NCBI GenBank assembly: GCA_965637545.1
Contig: OZ281497.1
Span: forward strand, 22,382,001-22,446,000
Source: Phallusia mammillata
Taxonomy: Eukaryota
Direction: 5' to 3'
Length of the DNA: 64,000 nucleotides
Positions 47,801 through 61,796 of the stretch are shown here, one piece after another. Numbering within the stretch: position 1 is the first letter of the stretch; the number at the start of each line of letters is the position of its first letter. A program made the position numbers and the translations under genes. The notes below the pieces were generated by a model. That model was not told the DNA's origin. It searched no databases and worked only from the letters and a program-made list of their open reading frames with translations.

Positions 47801-49692
47801 GGCTGTTTTGGTAAGACCTTCTGCGTTGTATTTTTTGCCCGTGTACCACAGTTTAATGCAGTTATCTCCAGATACCAAATCGCACAGCGTGGATGCAATA
47901 ATTTTGCCAAAGACTGCAAAAAGTAATAAAGTTTCACTTGGAAAATACTGTTTCACTTGGATACAAATTAAAAAATAACAAAATGTGTTACCTTCCATAC
48001 AAAAATAGTCAGCGGCAGCTAACAAATCAAGAAACTGGTCATCTTTTACCCACACCTCTTTGTTGTAAATAAATTCTAAAATCATGGACATAATGTCATT
48101 GTCAATAGCTGTCACGTGAAAGGTCGATTCGTATTTTTCCTTCATCTACAAAAAAGTGAACTGAGGAACCAATACGAGTCGGTGTTTTAATACATTGTCT
48201 GCAGTGTTAGGTAACATTTTTACAACGTTCTTTAAGGTTGCGCAGTGGACACACCAATGGTGAACTGCTGTGTTGAAATTTTGGTCATATAAACGAATTT
48301 AGTTTGCGCGTAGTTGTCTGAACAAATGTACCATAGGTATGGCATGTCACATTTTTGTTATTTTAAAATGTTTTTTATACATTTTTGTAGTCATAATACC
48401 TCTGTTGTAAACAACTTTGCGAAATAAGGTGCTTGTACAGCTACGACTGGCTTGTGAATAAAGAATTCCCTCGTCCCGGTTGTAATTGTGACATCACAAT
48501 GCCTATGAGGCCCCAATCTGTCGCTAAAAAGGAAATAAAGGAGAATCGAGTTCATTTTGTTTCCCAGACCAAAAAGTTACTTTACTGTCATTTCCAATAC
48601 AGTAAGGCTTCTTACTTGTTGAGTCGATCACGAATAAATTCCTCTAACGTTTGTTCGGTTGTAATGTCTTCAAAAATTTGTAATAAATATGTGGGTATTT
48701 ATTTATGAAAAAGAAATCATTTCAACACCTACCTTTTCCAGCAGTTTTAGTAAAGTCGGATTGAAATTCTTCCCTCACAAATCCACAATAAATGGTTTGG
48801 GAGAACTCTTTTATTTTTTCAAATTCATTGCGATCTTTTAAGGTGACTGTTGTGTCTTCTATGGAAAGCTAGAAATAAAACTGTAGTCATTTTTCGGCAA
48901 TTGTCTAAACAACAATAGTCTGCTTAGTTTTGTTCAAATAAAGTTGTAGAATTACTTGGGCTAATGCTGAAATAATAGAAAATAGTGAACGTATTTATAT
49001 TTGCTCATGAAAGCTATTTTAGTTACTGATCACATGTTTAAAACACACTTTGGCAAAGGTTCTTTTGAAATTTTCGGACACTGCCTCCAACAAGCACTTA
49101 TGCACGACAACACTATTGTCTTCGTGGATAATGGTAAGGTCACAGAATTCATGGTTTTCGTCACGGTCTCTGCAAGTATAAATTAAAATGTGTAATAACT
49201 GTGTCACTATGCCATATCATAACTACGCTGCAAGTCGGCCTTTATAACGACAAACCCAGGAATTGCGGTTTAAACCAGGTTTGTAAGCGGGCACAAAATT
49301 GGTTTCTGAACCCGAAAATACAACTCCGAAACCCGGCCAAAAACAGCCTTAAATATCTAAACCCGACCATGACAGCCGTTGTTAAACGTTTATATCCCAA
49401 TCGTATTTTTTTCCACACCAATATATATCACATTTCAAATGCCCTGTCTATGTGCTATGATAAAAGTAAACAAAAGTCGTACCTGCGCAGCAAAGGAATA
49501 AGATCAAACTCGTCACATTTATCGTCCGGTTTAACAAGAGTCTGTATTCTGAAAAACGTGGTATTAGGGAGGTTTTTAGCAAAAAAAAGTGTGTTACGTC
49601 CGAAACATTAAGCAGAATGTTTTTGGAAGCAGAACGGTTCAACAATACCTTGTTACTTTTTTTGGTGACTTTTCTAATCCTCCACACCACAT
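44856..49692 (-). pseudogene. K2: full-length truncated-BTB/BTB/BACK/Kelch paralog, pseudogenised
   Basis: Exon series from MWCGGLEKSPKKVTR through two BTB starts (FCDLTII..VHKCLL; HCDVTI..IHKPVV) to ...LDQKFAGI*. In-frame TGA 46708-46710, a frameshifted BACK exon (~46990-47120), and a deletion altering the phase at the 45432 donor. Confidence 0.8.
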
Positions 49693-50346
49693 TTCGCACC
49701 GAACTAAACGATGGTTTACTATATGTTTAAAAACTGAATACTGTCTAAAAAGCATGATCAAAACACAAATTTCGGTTATAACACACCATAACATATAGGA
49801 AAACAGACATAAGAACAATCATCTACAGCAGAGGTCGGCAACCACCGGACCGCGAGGTGTCTGTTAGCGGGGCGCACTTTTTGGGTTAAATGCTTTAAAA
49901 CATTTCGCGCTTGACTGCAACCCATCTTCCCAAAATTTGGAACATTTGGGATTTTTGAAACATTTGGGATTTTAGGGATTCCTATTGATTCATTTGTCCC
50001 GTGCTCGCTCGACCGTGACCGACACTTGCGCGAAAATCAAACTCTAGGTACCTGTGTCAATGAACAGGTTTTTATGCGTTTTTTGGCTTTTCAAAGCCGG
50101 ATCAGTTGTGTTTTTAAGTAAACTGTTTATTTCAAACTGCCAATGCTCAAGAAAGCCTTGATTTTGCCGAGAATACTGCAGACGGGAAACTTTACACTGA
50201 GTTTTGTCCCAAGTTGCAGCAGGTGTCGGTAATTAGCGCCAAACGGCAATAATCACTTCTTCCTGGCCCCTGCTGATGCTTAAGTTGTCAATCAGGAAGG
50301 ACTTCATTATGTCACTATCGACACTGCACCAAAAAGGTATGGGGTG

Positions 50347-50527
50347 TAGTGTACAATTGTACGTACATAGGTTAATGACGTCACAAAATCATGAAATTAC
50401 GTCACAACATAGTTTAGGTCATATGATGACGTCATGCAAAATTTTGCGTATCTATGACGTCATTAACCCTGTTTTTAACAACATCAAAAAAATTGACGTC
50501 ACTCATGCGCCCCCTCACAAACCACTG
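50347..50527. repeat. Left arm of ~180-bp inverted repeat containing four TGACGTCA (CRE) octamers
   Basis: Reverse complement of 52935-53115. CREs at 50376, 50427, 50455 and 50494. Confidence 0.9.
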
Positions 50528-52934
50528 TTGCAATAAGGTCGAAATAAACTACCGAACAAAAGTTAGGTACAACACCAAATTACAAATTAGTGTTGATAAA
50601 CCAACAAGAGAACTAGCATTAGACTAAATTGATAAAAAATGATATTATAAGTTGCAATTAGTGTGAAATAATACTTAATTCCACAAATGCTCACAATAAT
50701 TAACATTACAATAAACAATATTGACCGAAAAACAACCAAAAATAATTACGAATCATAATATTTCTGTGGAGCGAGGAATTATGACGATCTTGGGTTCCTT
50801 ATTTAATGTATTAACACAACAGGGAATTACCAACACAACAACAAAAGAAAAAGTAAATGATATGAGGGAATGTTTGAGAGCCTAAATCTCGGCTTTGCGA
50901 CGAGCTAGCTACAAGCGGGAGCCATCGCAAGAAACCTTAGGGCCCCTACCGTCGATTGATGCACCCCCGGTAGATATGTCACCGGAGGGCGCTGCACAGT
51001 GCCCCCTCTCCCAAAGGACCTTTTTTAAAAATGGTAATTGTGACGTCACAAAGTCATTTTTTGGAATTCGAAGTCGGCAAAGACGGTAAAAAATAGATAC
51101 AAGCCTCAAGAAGGCTGATGAGCAATTTCAAGTCGATCGCTTGATTACTTTTCTCTCAGCAGACAATTTAGTTGAGGCATGTCGACTTTGTGTAGAGTCC
51201 GCACGGTTTGGGCTTACGTATTTTTGAGCAGCTTCACAATTTTTTGTTGGTTTTGGCAAAAGGCAAATTTACAAGTCACATGCGAAAACAGGGGCGAATG
51301 ACTGGTAAAAACGTGTAGTATTCAGCGAAAAAACGGTCACTTCATAAGTTCGGGGCTGTGATCCTGTATGGTAAGGGATTTCAAAATCAGCAGACGAGTG
51401 CGATCGTAAGATGACGCCAATACATCTTGGATTGTCCTTGAAAATTATCGTGTTTTGTGTAAGTAACATACATAACATAATTTCGTTTGGAGTGTCACAA
51501 ACATCACAGTTCATTTTAATAATTGATTAGCAATGCAGTTAAAAAGACATTAAATAGTCGTTGTTTATTTGGTCGTAGAAATTGTTGGATAGTATTGAAT
51601 CTGATTTACCGCACATCATACTCGTAATGCACCTAACTCGATATGTGATGACGACGATGTACAGCACATTCTTTTCTATCGGTATCCACAAGGTGCTGCT
51701 TCCTTTTTTCGCGTTTCCTGTCTATCTTTTATGTTTTGCTACGTAACTATTTTTTGCAACAAGCAAGTTAAGTGATAAAAAACAAAACGCTGTTGGTACG
51801 ACACAAAGTATTTCTCCTAACACTATGAGTTACACAGTAGCACAATTTGACGATGAAATGGCCTGCATGAATTAATAGATCTTCTAAATATTGCTTTCTT
51901 TTATAAATAAACCTTCAAAGATGGCTGATTTTGCGTTCGATGCTAGCTTAGGGCCGAAAAGGCCGATATGCCACAAACAAATTAGCTGCTTTGTGAAAAT
52001 TACCTCAGTAATGTATTTTGGTTTTTTTGTTGTCTTTTTTGAAGCTTTAATACAGGCGTGTGCAACTCGAAAGCACCGCCGTGCCAATCTAGGTTTTAAA
52101 ATATGCACGCGCGCCAACGTTTGGTAGGCCTACTTTTTTCAAACCATGTCTTAAACGTCTTAACGGTAGAAAAAATATGTTGTCAAACGCGAGTAATGAG
52201 TATAACGTTTTTATGATACTCCAGAAACCTGTTATAACATACCAATTTAATACGACAGCATTAAGCCCCGGAATTATCCAGAATTGGACAGTTTCAAGCG
52301 GCTAAAGGTGGACGCATGAAGTCTAAAAACGACCAATTTATTTAATGGATTTGTGTAACCTTGATACTGATCATCTTTACTGAAGTTAGAATAAAGGCCA
52401 AAAAGAATCAATAGAAAAATATTAAATGCGGGACAAATCCTAATGTTTACCATCTGAATGTCCAAAAATTGCGTGCAATTTAAAATGCTGTGCGTGCCAC
52501 TTTTGGCACGCGTACCACGTGTTGGACACCCCTCCTTTAATATATACGCATGTTAATAAAACTTTCCGGCCTAAACGGGCTTCCCCAAAAACGATTCGGG
52601 TTCGGCCGAGTTTCGTGCTGCTACTTTCGGGTCTTGCTCCAGTTTCAGACCCATTTGCAACTCTTTCTCTGTTGACAAGTTGACAAATTTTCCGTGAGGT
52701 ATTTGAGAGAAAAAAACGATTGAGTCATCATCATCCTAATGAACATGTCTTTGTTTGATAACTTTTTTTGTATTTTCACATTTTCGTATTTATAGTGCAG
52801 CATTTTTGGGTATTTTAAGTATCCTTTGCTTTCAAAAACACTCAGATGTGAGCAGTAATGTATAAAACTTGTTTAAGTTCAATTTGTTACTGTACCTTAA
52901 ATTTGTTTTCCATTTTATTTCCCCCTTTTCACCA

Positions 52935-53115
52935 CAGTGGTTTGTAAGGGGGCGCATGAGTGACGTCAAGTTTTTTAGTGCGGTTAAAAACAGGGTTAAT
53001 GACGTCATAGATACGCAAAATTTTGCATGACGTCATCATATGACCTAAACTATGTTGTGACGTAATTTCATGATTTTGTGACGTCATTAACCTATGTACG
53101 TACAATTGTACACTA
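52935..53115. repeat. Right arm of CRE-rich inverted repeat; inner end begins with MITE-like CAGTGGTTTGTAAGGGGGCG
   Basis: Matches 50347-50527 in reverse orientation. Confidence 0.9.
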
Positions 53116-53671
53116 GACCCAGTAGAACTATAGGTTGTTTTTACAAGCTCTGTTCGGCCAGTAAAGGTTTTTCCAGTTAATTTGATTACTTAGATATTGT
53201 TACGGAATGTATTTGAACATGAACTATTACTCGCCAATATGAATAATCATTGGGTCAGTTATTTTAGAGACATTTTAAAGCTAGGCTCTACAGAGATATG
53301 GATATATATATATCCATAGACAAGTATATCTTGGTTTTATGCTCAGTATTTGTATGACTTGTTTACCCAGTCAAGTATTTGCTGTTTAATTTAGGTCGCT
53401 AGCTGTTGTTTTACAATATGTTGTAACAATAATGTGTATGGGGATGGAGAAGAAGCTAACATAGTCAGTTGTTTTGGAAACACCCATAAACTAGGTCACA
53501 GTGTGAGATTGTGAGAGTTAGTTTATCAGTTGTTTTGGGGACATTTTAAACTATGCTTTGCACTGTAACATACCTACGCTAAGTTGTAATAATTTTTGTA
53601 ATGATTCTTAATTAATTCACTATATAATTGAGAACATTTTTGAAATCTAACATTAAATGTGCCCAATTCAG

Positions 53672-54546
53672 GTCATACTGCCAAGATTGGAATGAAAGGC
53701 TGCAGGAACACGACAAGATGTGCTACAAGCTTGACTCAACAGTCTGCACATGACTTAAAATAGACAAAGATCATTTCTGAATTTAAAAAATGTGCAAGAC
53801 ATGGCAATATCACAGACAGGAATGTGTTGCAATTTGGTGAAGTGCAGTTGTGGCTATCATCAGCACTCAGCAGGTATGCTTTTTGTTTTTTAAAGTTGGC
53901 AGTTGTTTAAACCTTTCTTTCTAGATATAGCTACTGCTACCGGCTAGTAATAGATAGTGCAGAAGTGTCTATTAAAAGCTGTTGCAAACAAGCATGAATG
54001 AATGCTTTTAATGTAGCTTAGATTTTAAAACTGTAACTACTCAAAGTGTTGCTACTGTCCCTGTAGAGGTGCCAGCAGAGCCAACCAGCACCTGGTTACC
54101 CTCAATTGATGTGTCTGGAAGTTTGAATTTGAACCCATGTACTGTGTTATTCCAAGTTTTTTGTTTTCTTTACATACATACTAATGACATATATTTTTAC
54201 AGATCGGACCATGACAGGGTCGTTATGGCCATGAGTCGCGCCAAAACGACCGGCTACAACCCCATAACAATCCAGCACCTGCTGACCGAACTGCACAGCT
54301 CATATACAACTGCTTCCAGTTAACGAAGCGACAGTTGTTTAGTGGCAAGGAAGGTTATACTGTCAAGGCACCTACCAGCAACGCGCAGAAAAGCGTGCTA
54401 AGGCGCCCAAGCAGCGTCGTCAAGTTCAGGTTGAACACCTGGCGAACGGGACCCTATTTAGGGCCATCTATAATTGTTTTAAATCGTTATGCGCTATATT
54501 TTATGCACTGTGTTCTTGTATTGGTTGTCGCATATTATTTGTATGA
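53672..54546 (+). pseudogene. Decayed multi-exon gene, possibly RBR (IBR/RING2) E3 ligase-like
   Basis: GT-AG-bounded blocks (53672-53873, ~54067-54139, 54203-). Across a frameshift it reads FKKCARHGNITDR/GMCCNLVKCSCGY and ends in a hydrophobic Cys-rich stretch. Several stops. Confidence 0.3.
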
Positions 54547-55271
54547 AGTGCAATTTTTGGGTGCTTATCAAATGATTGCAGTTTGCTTTTGTGAACAATA
54601 TACAGTGACAGATTTGCAAATACGTTTTGTGATTGGTAACAGGGAACTGTTAATGAGACAAAGTTGCCGTGGCCGCGAGCAAGCCAAATTAAAAAAAAAA
54701 ACTTGTTGTGTTCGTTGTGGGCTAAAAGCGGGTCGACGTACGTGACAAAAATAACAGACAACTTAAGTTATTGTCACATATAAATGCAGAAGGAAATTGT
54801 CACGCCAGTGGGATAGCAAATGTGCAGAGAAAGGGGTCCAGCCGTAGGTCAACAAATAGAATCAAAAACCGAATTTAAATTAGTTTAAATTTAAATTTCA
54901 GCATGTCAGCTTTTCAATTTTAAACTAGTTATCAGCATTTATGAGTAAACCTGCAAAGCGGAGAAGTTATTAGCACAACTCTGCAAGATATCCACCCCGA
55001 ATGCTTAAAACTTCCTGTTCCGGCCTTAACGGCGCTTTTGCCCCCTTTTCGGCTACGTCTTGCCCCCTTTAGGTAGAAGATTGCGTCCCAGCTTTTTTGC
55101 TACTTCTTCGCTGGTCATATTCAAAACTAACTTTTTTGTAACATTTTCTTGACACCCAAACTGAGCAAACCAAATACACAAGCACAATATACATTTTTTA
55201 AAACAAATCGTAGCAGCACAATTTTCTTTTGACAGTGTTTTTTAGTAACACTTCCTCTGAAGATGATACCG

Positions 55272-55302
<31 letters not shown>
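55272..55302 (+). repeat. 31-nt poly(A) run at an indel junction in the K4 3' flank
   Basis: Flanks match 34690-34750 and ~35420 onward, and ~0.67 kb present near K3 is absent here. Confidence 0.8.
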
Positions 55303-55303
<1 letters not shown>

Positions 55304-58300
55304 AGGGGACGGACCGAATCCGAAAGTACAAAACCCTCATCGGATTTTAAATAAACAAAGCCATCGCCAATTTAAGAACTGAAATGTGGCCGAGTGTTAT
55401 GCCAGCCAGAATCAAGGCCACTTGATGTAAACTTATGCCAATCCAGCCAGAGAATTTTGGTCCAACTTACGACGCTAGTTTGAAGAGCGATTGATGTCCG
55501 AGCACAGAACAAAACATTTTGACTGTTTTCCAGAGGATAGTTACAACTAATGCCTAATTTTTTGTAAAAAATGCTAAATAAATGTTGTTGCTATTTACAT
55601 GCGTTTTCACAACGAAAACTTTAGCGACACGAAGGCAAAGAATATCTAGCAAAAGAAAAGAACATTTTAAAATCCAACGTTAATACAAATAACGTCTGTT
55701 TAGAAGCAATCAAGTGCTGTACATAGCAATTAGACTTGTTGTATGTGGCTGATGATGTTTATGTTTTTGTAAAACAAATCATATCCTAAAATATATTTTC
55801 GTTTTTATTTACTAAAAAGTCCTGAACCGAAACCTAATGGAGCGGTACCTATGTACTAACGGGCGGTGGCGGTCCCATGGTACACGAACCAAAATCTGGA
55901 AACCCTAGAGTGAGACTGGCGCATCGTTCCACAATTCCAGTTTCTGCATTCATTCCAGACACCCACTGTCGTCGTGCCAAATCGAAAGTTGCAACTTGGA
56001 TGGTATCGTTCCCGTAAACTAAACAGCAAGCAATTAATGTATTTTTACGAAAGACTTAAAAACTGGGACACTACCGAAAATTGGACAGTTAATAAACACG
56101 TTTTCACCAAACAACAAAATTTTAGTGCGGAAAAAAAGGTTTTGGTAAGTGTAAGTCCTGGTTACATCGTTATGTTGGAAGGTTTGTGAGGCCGACAACA
56201 TAAAGTTGATTCTATTTGTTGGAGCCAAACAAAAAAATAATTTAAAGACACGTGAAGCCCTCTATAGATGGCCTAAGCGCGGAACACTTTGTTCTCGTAT
56301 GTGGCTTATCCTTAGCGATTGTTACAGCTGATATTTTTGTTGTATTGTTGCAATATCTTTGTGATGCACCCTTTTCTTATATTACTAAGCATATTTGCTT
56401 TTTTGCCTAATAGTTATTTTAGGCCTGACAAATGGCACTTTACAAGCTTTATAGTCGATGCGTTTTGCAAAAATGAACTTTCAAAAGACTGGTTGCACAA
56501 GGAGTAGGTTAAAGTTAGCGACCAAAGTGATGATTTAAACCAGGCATTACTGTGTTTGTTGAACAACCTTCTTTCTGTAACTTACCAATGTAGGCCCTGG
56601 TTTGATGAACCAAATACATTTTGACGTTGAAAATATCCGGACCTGGTAGGGCTAACGTTTCCCAAGTGTTTGACTCTATTGTGTAAACCTCTATCGGCGT
56701 TGGAGGTGGTACATTAAGTACAGGTTGTTGTCTCTTTCTATGTTTGTTTGTCGGCTCTGTGTTTCTTTTGCCACCGATGGCAAACAAATAACCTGTTTTG
56801 TTGCCAGCGGAACAAAACATATAAGAAATATTTCAACGAATTGCGACATTTCAACAAGTTTTAGGTTTTGTGATTTGCAAACAACTAGTAATATTAGTAT
56901 ACGGAAAAGTCGCAGGGTTGTGTAATATGCAAAAAATATCAACGAATATACGAACACATAATATGTAGGCTATAAATGAAAAATTTAAGTTAAAATAAAG
57001 ATGTGTATTTGTTTCAAATGGTTTCACAAATTTGTTAAGAAACGGCAATAATTTTGCTTGAGCCTTCGTTTTTGAGAATTGCTATTAAGATTAAAACCTA
57101 TGTAGGCTACCCTATATAAAACTAAAGATGGCATGTTTAATTTAAGCGTTGTTTCGATATTGTTCGATCAAATGCAATTCGATTTTAATAGTGAAAAGTA
57201 TGAATTAGCCTACCGTCATATGGTACAAGGGCAAAACATGATCGGCCAAATTTCATCGAGGTATGTTTTGTGGTTCGTTGTCCGCTAAAATCTTTCTTGT
57301 AACTTTCCAGCTTGCAGTTAAACGTTCCACCAGCCACATATAAAGTATCTGCATGGTACAACATAAATTTAACAAACATAGAATTAAAGATGTTGCTATT
57401 GAAAAGTAGCTATTTGCACAAGATATTCCGTCACCGTTAAAAAATTACCAATTCTACCATGTGTGTTTACCAATAAACCCAAGGGTGTTTTATCGAAAAC
57501 AACAACAACAACAACAACTTACCACCAACAAATGCAACAGCTGCTTCCGAACTTTGATGAGTTAACCGAACTTCATCTTGCCATTTTGCATTAGTTAGGG
57601 ACAACACCACAAAATCACCAAATGCATATAATTTTTGAAAACCATAAATTAAAGGAGATCTTTGATTTTAAACGAAGGACTCTGCAGTCTGAAAAATAAA
57701 CACAAAAATCAGATGGTCCTGCAAATATGCAAAAAATAAATTAAGTGCACTAAACACTTGCCGGAAAAAAGGTCTGTTAAAATTACCTTTATTTTCATCC
57801 ACTTTGGAACAAAAATACTATTGTTGTCAGATGCCTTTGACTTCAATCCAGACATGTCACAACTGTACACATCACCCCGTTGACACAGCACATACATTGT
57901 ACCTAAAGCTAACTCTGTAGAATATTCACACATTCATTTGAATGTTTTTGGTAAAATTTAATGTGTCAAAACATATGTCAAAACCCGGTTCTGTGTAAAA
58001 AAATAACATTTCAGAGGAAATTAGTTTCAACTAATAATGTACAAAAAGTCTAGGTTATGATGGAAAGAGCAATAATGACTAAGATGTAATGCAAGTTCTA
58101 GTTAAAATAGGGCCTAAAATGAACAAGAAAATGTCAAGTCCTGTGAATCATTTTTTATTTCATTTTGTTCAAAAATTTTGTCAATTTAGTTTGACCAATT
58201 GCAACCACTAGGTTGGAATAATACCACTCAAGTTCTTGGAAGCACAAGCGACGGAGATAGGATTAGAAGGCACTCTAGTGAACACTTAACCATGGTCACC

Positions 58301-58984
58301 TTGGCGAGAATATTGCAACAACAACACAAGATCAACTTCAAAATAAATGAACTAAACATACTGACCAGTTTCAGCATTTGGAACAAATTTTCGCATGTAA
58401 GGTATCACTGCCTTTGCTGCTGCAAAGTTTTGGCTTACAAGTTTCTGTAATAAAAAAAAAAACATTTCAGCCCAATAGTTGACGAAATGTGGCTTAACCA
58501 TATTGCAATTATGTGTCTTAATTTTCAAAACAGTCCAAATATTTAGCAGTCCTTTTCCTGCTGGTTCCACTTGCTTTAGAATTTGGATTTCATAGTAATA
58601 TGCAAGCTGTGTGCAATTGTACATATTAAACACATTCATGAAAAGTGTAATCACTTTTTGTCTAATAAATCATGCAGCTGTGTAAACTCTAAAGTTTTAG
58701 CATTAGTCTGGTGGTACTGTAGACCTTTAGTGTTGCTGTACTGCAAAAGATCGAACGTTTTTTATTTTACAAAAAAGTTAAGGTACATTATAATTACCAT
58801 ACCTTCATATTTATTAAAAGCACCCAAGTTGATTGGGAAAGTGATTTTGGTTCAATCATGTCATAAAACATTTCAAACTTCTCCATTCTTTTGTCCATGT
58901 CATGTTTGATCCACAAAAGTGCACACTTCATATATTGATCATCCGACACCTTTTCCTGATTACAGCAACATGTTTAGTCTAGAG

Positions 58985-59158
58985 CAGGGGTTCTTAACCA
59001 GGGGTGCATGCACCTCGAGAACTGTTTTAAGGGGGTGTGGGATGCTGAATAATTAAGGTTGGTTAGGTCTATTCTATTTAAATAAAAAAACCAGGGGGTG
59101 CAAAAATTGGTTGGTGATTTGAAAGGAGTGCAGTAAGGAAAAAGGTTAAGAACCACTG
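58985..59158. mobile_element. hAT-type MITE, K4-specific intronic insertion
   Basis: TIRs CAGGGGTTCTTAACC / GGTTAAGAACCACTG, TSD GTCTAGAG/GTGTAGAG. Absent from the homologous K3 intron. Confidence 0.9.
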
Positions 59159-59844
59159 GTGTAGAGGATTTATATAATTATGCCAAAATTATAATATATC
59201 ATTTCAAATGTATTGTTACTCATGACAGTTCTCCAGAAAAGGTCGTAGAATGAAAAACAAATAACAATAACCTTGATTAATTTCATAAAATCCTTCATGT
59301 AATGTTGGTCAATGTTGCGAAATTCGTTACTGTCAGCAACAAAAAGCACATGTGCACAGATTGTTCGCTCAGATTGTTGCATTAACTTTTCTTTTTTAAA
59401 CTTTTTTCCAGTAATCCACATTGTAACACGGTTTTCAAATGATACCAATCCCACAAGGGAATTTTCAATCTCATTACTGAATGCTGCAATCCAATTACAT
59501 TAGATTTAGCACTGGACTACAATGTTTAGGTGAAATAAATTACTAAAACATTGTTTTTAATTTCTTCAATAAAATAATATAGAAAATTGTGTTTTTTTTA
59601 GGCATAATAGTTATGTTACCTTCCATACGAAAGTAATCACCAACAGCTAACAAATCACTCAGCATATCTTGATTAACCCACATTTTTTGGGTGTAAACAT
59701 AATCCAAAACCAATGCCAGAATTTCATCATCAATTTCACCAATGTGACATGTTGATTGATGTTTTTCTTTCATCTGCATAGTAAGCATAAACTTGCCCAA
59801 AGCAAAACAAAAACTTTTTTTACTACAGTCTCAAGTGCCTACAC

Positions 59845-60049
59845 CAGTGGTCCACAAACTTTCTTTTGTTGCGACGCCCCTGGAAAAGTTTTCTGTACTT
59901 GCGAAGCACCAGCAAATAAAAGTTAATGAAAAAACTTATTATCAAAGTTGTGTTTATTAATACAACAACAAAAGCCATGAATCTGCGACGCCCTTGGAAA
60001 ATTGAAACGCCGAACCAGGGCATCGCTGTGCACATTTTGAGAACTACTG
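59845..60049. mobile_element. hAT-type MITE in K4 intron
   Basis: CAGTGGTCCACAAA ... TTTGAGAACTACTG, TSD GCCTACAC/GGCTACAC. Confidence 0.8.
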
Positions 60050-60797
60050 GGCTACACTAAAGTAATACGTTCTGCTCCAGAAATTAGAAGGTTGTTGACA
60101 AACAGTGGTACATTCAAACAGTGATACAATTTTAAATATTAGAAGCAAAAAATAAAACTTAAAAATTGTACAAAGTAATGAACAACTGCGATAATAATGT
60201 TACATATGACAGTACCAACCTCTGTTGTAAAAAGTTTGTTGAAATACTCAAATTGTACAGCAACAATCGATTTATGAACATGAAACTGCCTTGTTCCTGT
60301 TGAGATTGTGACATCACAAAACTTTTGCGATCCAAAGCGATCACTATTAATCACAAAAGTCATCATTTAACATGTAGCCTACATTTTTACAAAGGATTTG
60401 TCAAAAAAATGAAAGTTGTACATCACAGTTCAGAAGATTGAAGATTACCTGTTAAGCTGGTGTCGAACAAAATTGTCCAATGCACTTTGATCAGTATCAC
60501 CAACAACTACTAATCAAAGAGATAAAATTTGTACAATAATTGATTTTTTCAAACAACATAATTAAACATTTAAAAAGGGCACAACATACACCATACATAA
60601 AATAGTTTTTTTTATTTTTTGCTGTACAGTTTTCTATTTTTTGTTGTATGTATTACTATGTGTAACCTTTTTCAAAGCCTTCAGGGAGAATTATTTCTTG
60701 GTCTTCCGACACCCTTTCTTCATAAATATTCTCAATTACCTCTTTAATTCTTTGAAATTTATAGCGATCTTTGATTTCTAGAATTCCAAATTCTACA

Positions 60798-60950
60798 GCA
60801 ACCTATTAATAAGTTTCATTAAAAACATCCAGTGATTTTAAACAATATAAAAGTCGCAATAAAATATTTCTATGGCAACCTATTAATAAGTTTCAGTAAA
60901 AAAAATTACAGTAATTTTAAACAGTATAAAAGTCCCAATAAAATATAAAT
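60798..60950. repeat. 77-bp tandem duplication covering the K4 exon-4 splice acceptor
   Basis: GCAACCTATTAATAAGTTTCA recurs at 60798 and 60875. Confidence 0.85.
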
Positions 60951-61796
60951 TTTGTTTTATGACTTCATATTTTTGAAACAGATTATCCACAAAACAATAA
61001 TATGTACATACTACCTTGGAAAATAAATCATTAAAAAAGCTCAATGTTGCCCCAAAGAGACATCTGTGAAGAATAACTTTTTCATGGTCATGAGTGATTG
61101 TAAGATCACAAAATTTTTGTGCATCATCTCTATCCCTGTATAACGAACAGTTTTGTTACTTTTTAAAATGATGAATACCAAGGCAATTATACACCTTCTT
61201 AACAGACTTATAAGACTGAACTCAGGAGAACCTTTTTTTGCATCCAGCAAAACTTGTGTTCAGGAATGGTGCAAAAATAAGCTTCAACATGATAAGAAAA
61301 AATGATAATAAGTTGTATAAGTTACCTTGTTAGTTTTCGTCTTTTTGCTGAAACCTCAGACATAGTTAATACTTTTCCTACACTACAGCTAGTAAATGCT
61401 TTCGCTTAAATTATTATCCTAACGTTTACAGCTAGTAAATAATCGCTTAAACTATTATCCAAACGTTTGATCCATCATATAGAATATCATTTTTACAACC
61501 ATTCAGGTTGATGCATGGCTTTACCACAACCTATAAGAATAAAACCGCTGGTAGACTGTCCGTGTAAAGTCCCAGATTTCAACATTTTAAGTTGTTTATA
61601 ATCAGGTGCAGGCAAATCAGACCAGATACAATTAACAGAAAATATTTACTGTACTTTACCCAGTTTGTTCCATCAAGTGCTATGTTTTCCTTATGTATTT
61701 ACATCTGACTTTTTTTGATAAACTAACGAACGAAGATGACTAATAACTGTAAGTATTTGATGGAAAGTTGGAAAACAGAGAAAGTGCGTTTGATGC

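Larger units (their letters stand above)
55849..61363 (-). pseudogene. K4: close K3 paralog, probably pseudogenised
   Basis: Same exon series as K3 (identical MSEVSAKRRKLTR). Exon-2 acceptor AG>TG (61261-61262), TCA>TAA at 57668-57670, and a 1-nt shift in the tail giving TAG at 55849-55851. Confidence 0.82.

Noticed and set aside
50880-51120. GC-richer patch with overlapping ORFs 50895-51089 and 50909-51109
   Set aside because: No splice-supported exon or domain signature, so insufficient evidence to call a gene or transposase.
55272-55302. Poly(A) as the tail of a retrocopy or LINE
   Set aside because: No TSD or adjacent retroelement body. It sits at an indel junction relative to the K3 flank.
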